From positions 1 through 19,134 of the forward strand of contig CAZWEM010000062.1 in assembly GCA_964632315.1 (NCBI GenBank): a stretch of 19,134 nt of DNA, given 5' to 3'. The position numbers and the translations under genes were made by a program. The notes below the pieces were generated by a model. That model was not told the DNA's origin, made no database searches, and saw only the letters and a program-made list of their open reading frames with translations. Source of the DNA: an uncultured archaeon (GTDB lineage: Archaea > Asgardarchaeota > Lokiarchaeia > Sigyniarchaeales > SOKP01). Of this stretch, positions 16,538 through 19,134 are shown piece after piece (position 1 is the first letter of the stretch; every line of letters begins with the position of its first letter).

Positions 16538-17190
16538 TCTAGTGCTCTGCCTCTCACTTAATATCTTTTTTGATAATCGATTGTAGCAAGCGATCTATTT
16601 GATGCTAGTACTTATAATTTAACTATAATATGTAATTTATCTTTTTAAAGATTTCTAAATCCTCTCTTTTAAAGTTTATTCTTATGATATATTTAAATTA
16701 ATTGAGAAAAAAGAATGAAGAAAAAATTAAGTTAACCATTTATATAATTGTTTCTCAAATGGGAATCAACTCCCTTTCTGTAAATTATTTTTTCTCGATG
16801 ATTTGTATGTGTATATGTAAAAATTAGAGAGGAAATTCAAGAATTAAGAAAAAACTAAATCATTTTTTTATAAAATCATAAGACATAAAAATCGAATATA
16901 AAGTAGATTTTTATTAAAACTAAGATTTTTTATTCAATGTGAAAATAGTTATCCTAGAAGTAAAATTGGCATGAATATGCTCTGAAATATTTCCGAAGAT
17001 TGAGAGAGAATAGATTTTTCCTCATGCGGAATGGTAAAAAAAAATAAGGGATTAAATTTATATAAAAGTTGCATCTATATTGTGATTTTGGTCTAAATTA
17101 AGTACTTTTGCTATGTAAGGGAGAATTGAATATTATACAGAAATACTTACTAATATTAGAGGAAAATCACTTAAAATATAGATCAAAATT

Positions 17191-17202
17191 AAAAAAAAAA
17201 AA
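17191..17202 (-). terminator. Probable oligo-T terminator of the NosD-like gene
   Basis: Run of 12 A on the + strand (T12 on the - strand) 8 nt beyond the stop codon at 17211. Confidence 0.5.
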
Positions 17203-17210
17203 TAATAAGT

Positions 17211-18113
17211 CTATTGTTCAGAGAAGTTATTCTTCCTTCGGTATCTCTTAAATGATGTGAAACAGAGGATCCCAAGTATTCCTAAGATCATTATTAAGTT
17301 ATATCCTGGGATTGCTTCACCTTCAGAAATTCCTACTATTTGGTAATTATTAGCATCTTCTATTAATGGATAATAATCTACATTTAGAATGGTTGAATCA
17401 TAAAATTTATGAATGGTATCACCAATTCCATCTCCATCATTATCATTATCATTATAACCACTCCAATAGTTCCCTAAGTAACTCGTATACGTATTTTCAT
17501 TATAGATGTAAATAAATTTTTTAGGAGATCTACACGAAAAAGTTGTATTCCGTAGGTAGAGATTTAATGAAGTACTTTTAAAGCTATTGAGATAAATCAA
17601 AGCATTATCAGAATAGAGAATTCGAAGATCACGATCATTAGAACAACTATTTTTCGAGATTATGAAGTTAAGAGAAATGTCAATATGAATTCCAACATGA
17701 TTGTCAATCAGAGTATTATTAATAATTTGGGCATTGCTAATATTGGTTAATTGTACCCCAGCATCTCTTTCTGCTGAACCTGAATTTATTAAGGTGCAAT
17801 TTCTGATGATAAAATGTTCAGTCGAGTTTTCAATGATTATACAACTGCCTACTGTTTGAGCATTAATTTCTAAATCTTCTATGACATAAGGATTTGAAGA
17901 TGTACCTTCCCCAGTACATATTCCTGCTGTTCTTGTAGCCGTCCAATTATCATTTACATGAATTTTATTAAATATTACTGACGTTTTTGGCGTTATATCC
18001 TGAAATTTCGAGACCAAATTAGTATCATTAGGTACGTTCGCTAAAATCAATATTAAAGTGAAAAATCCTATTAAAACCGACACTACAAGTTTTCTCTTGA
18101 GATTTAAATACAT
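17211..18113 (-). CDS. Cell-surface parallel beta-helix (NosD/CASH-like) protein with Loki-CTERM-like sorting signal
   Basis: N-terminal basic plus hydrophobic signal; G.GT..NPYVIE; I.N repeats; GNYWSGY..DNDGDGIGD; C-terminal IPGY, TM helix and basic tail KRYRRK. Confidence 0.82.
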   Translation of the reverse strand: MYLNLKRKLVVSVLIGFFTLILILANVPNDTNLVSKFQDITPKTSVIFNKIHVNDNWTATRTAGICTGEGTSSNPYVIEDLEINAQTVGSCIIIENSTEHFIIRNCTLINSGSAERDAGVQLTNISNAQIINNTLIDNHVGIHIDISLNFIISKNSCSNDRDLRILYSDNALIYLNSFKSTSLNLYLRNTTFSCRSPKKFIYIYNENTYTSYLGNYWSGYNDNDNDGDGIGDTIHKFYDSTILNVDYYPLIEDANNYQIVGISEGEAIPGYNLIMILGILGILCFTSFKRYRRKNNFSEQ

Positions 18114-18542
18114 TTAAATTTCACAATTATGAAAAATGGATTATTAAACTTTGATTATGGTAAATTTATATATCTTACGCCTTTTGATCTGTAGAGCTTT
18201 CTCTGTATTTTATTTGAAAAACAATAAAAACTGAATATATTAGTTAAAAAGTTCTTATGGATTCTTGGGCAAAGATTTAAATGGTGACTATAGATCCTAT
18301 TTATAATAATGGTATCAAATAATACTGCTACAAGAATAATGGTGCGGAAATTATTATCCATTATTATTATTATCGTAGTAGTAATTATTATCTAGGCGGA
18401 ACAAATCCACCTTCTCTTTTTCTAATAAATTTTCCTCGGATTTGTCTGCTACGGGTACAATATTTATTTGAAAAAGTAATTGGTAGGTTCGTTTCATTAT
18501 AACTATTATGAAAGAAAAATATTAAAATGAAGAGAGAAAAAA

Positions 18543-19134
18543 ATGGAAATGAATATTCAAGATAAGGAGACAAGGATTCAGCTAATTGATTACTTACAAT
18601 CTTATTTTCTTGGAGTGGGATTCAATGAATTAAAGGATCTTATAATAGACAAGAATAATTGCATTTTATGTGGTACATGCACCTCTTTATGCCCCCGTAT
18701 TGGTATGAATGAAAAAGAACCTACACTTTTAGGTTATGACCCAGAGTGCTCTACATGTTTTAGGTATTGTCCAAAAACATACTTTCCCGAAGATCTATTT
18801 GCCGGAGAATTATTCCATAATGGAGTAAATAAAAGTTATGCTCTCGGTTTTTATCAAAGATCTGTTGCTGCTAAAACTAATGATGGAGATGTATTAGATC
18901 TTGCTCAGAATGGAGGGATTGTCTCTACATTACTAATACATGCTTTAAAAACAGGATTAATAGATGGAGTTATTCTTACTGATAAAGATAAAAATTGGTA
19001 TCCAAAACCAAGAATTGCTCGAACTCCTGAAGAAATTTTATCCTGTGCTGGTTCTAAGTATACAATAGCTCCATCAGTTGTTCCTTATAGAGATGCTGTA
19101 TATGATCTAAAACTAAAAAATTTAGCATTTGTGG
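18543..19134 (+). CDS. Coenzyme F420 hydrogenase/dehydrogenase beta-subunit family (FrhB/FpoF-like) with N-terminal ferredoxin domain; truncated by the window end
   Basis: Manual translation from ATG 18543 (or 18549) stays open to the window edge: MEMNIQDKE...CILCGTCTSLCP...DPECSTCFRYCP...AQNGGIVSTLL...IDGVIL...CAGSKYT...LAFV. Not in the ORF track. Confidence 0.9.
   Translation, partial: MEMNIQDKETRIQLIDYLQSYFLGVGFNELKDLIIDKNNCILCGTCTSLCPRIGMNEKEPTLLGYDPECSTCFRYCPKTYFPEDLFAGELFHNGVNKSYALGFYQRSVAAKTNDGDVLDLAQNGGIVSTLLIHALKTGLIDGVILTDKDKNWYPKPRIARTPEEILSCAGSKYTIAPSVVPYRDAVYDLKLKNLAFV

Noticed and set aside
16538-17210. 673-bp AT-rich intergenic region as a possible ncRNA, CRISPR array, origin or IS remnant
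   Set aside because: No tRNA fold, GC-rich stems, spaced direct repeats, terminal inverted repeats or credible ORF seen by eye.
18155-18573. ORFs 18155..18361 (-) and 18388..18573 (-)
   Set aside because: Short and compositionally biased with no motifs. The second overlaps the start of the well-supported frhB-like gene.

Overview
AT-rich archaeal DNA, most likely from an Asgard (Lokiarchaeia-type) genome. The indicators are a Loki-CTERM-like sorting tail, archaeal-type FKBP, PflX and FrhB genes, GGTGA/GGAG ribosome-binding sites and T-run terminators. The centre of the window (2144-13422) is an ~11 kb cluster that looks like a soluble inositol-phosphate/cyclitol pathway. It holds a divergent myo-inositol-1-phosphate synthase, four ATP-grasp proteins, a HAD phosphatase with a Lys-rich coiled-coil tail, an MFS sugar-type transporter, a Zn-dependent polyol dehydrogenase and a 930-aa GH57/GH38-like protein. 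The ATP-grasp proteins mostly carry ITPK1-type (inositol-trisphosphate 5/6-kinase) rather than RimK-type motifs. To the left is a pncA / LMW phosphatase / uppP operon. To the right are an HhH-fused FKBP with an altered active site, a PflX radical SAM protein, a stand-alone IFT52/GldG (GIFT)-like protein, a NosD-like surface protein and a truncated FrhB/FpoF-family gene that the ORF track missed. I saw no RNA genes, CRISPR arrays or mobile elements. All family calls come from motif recognition by eye, not from database searches.
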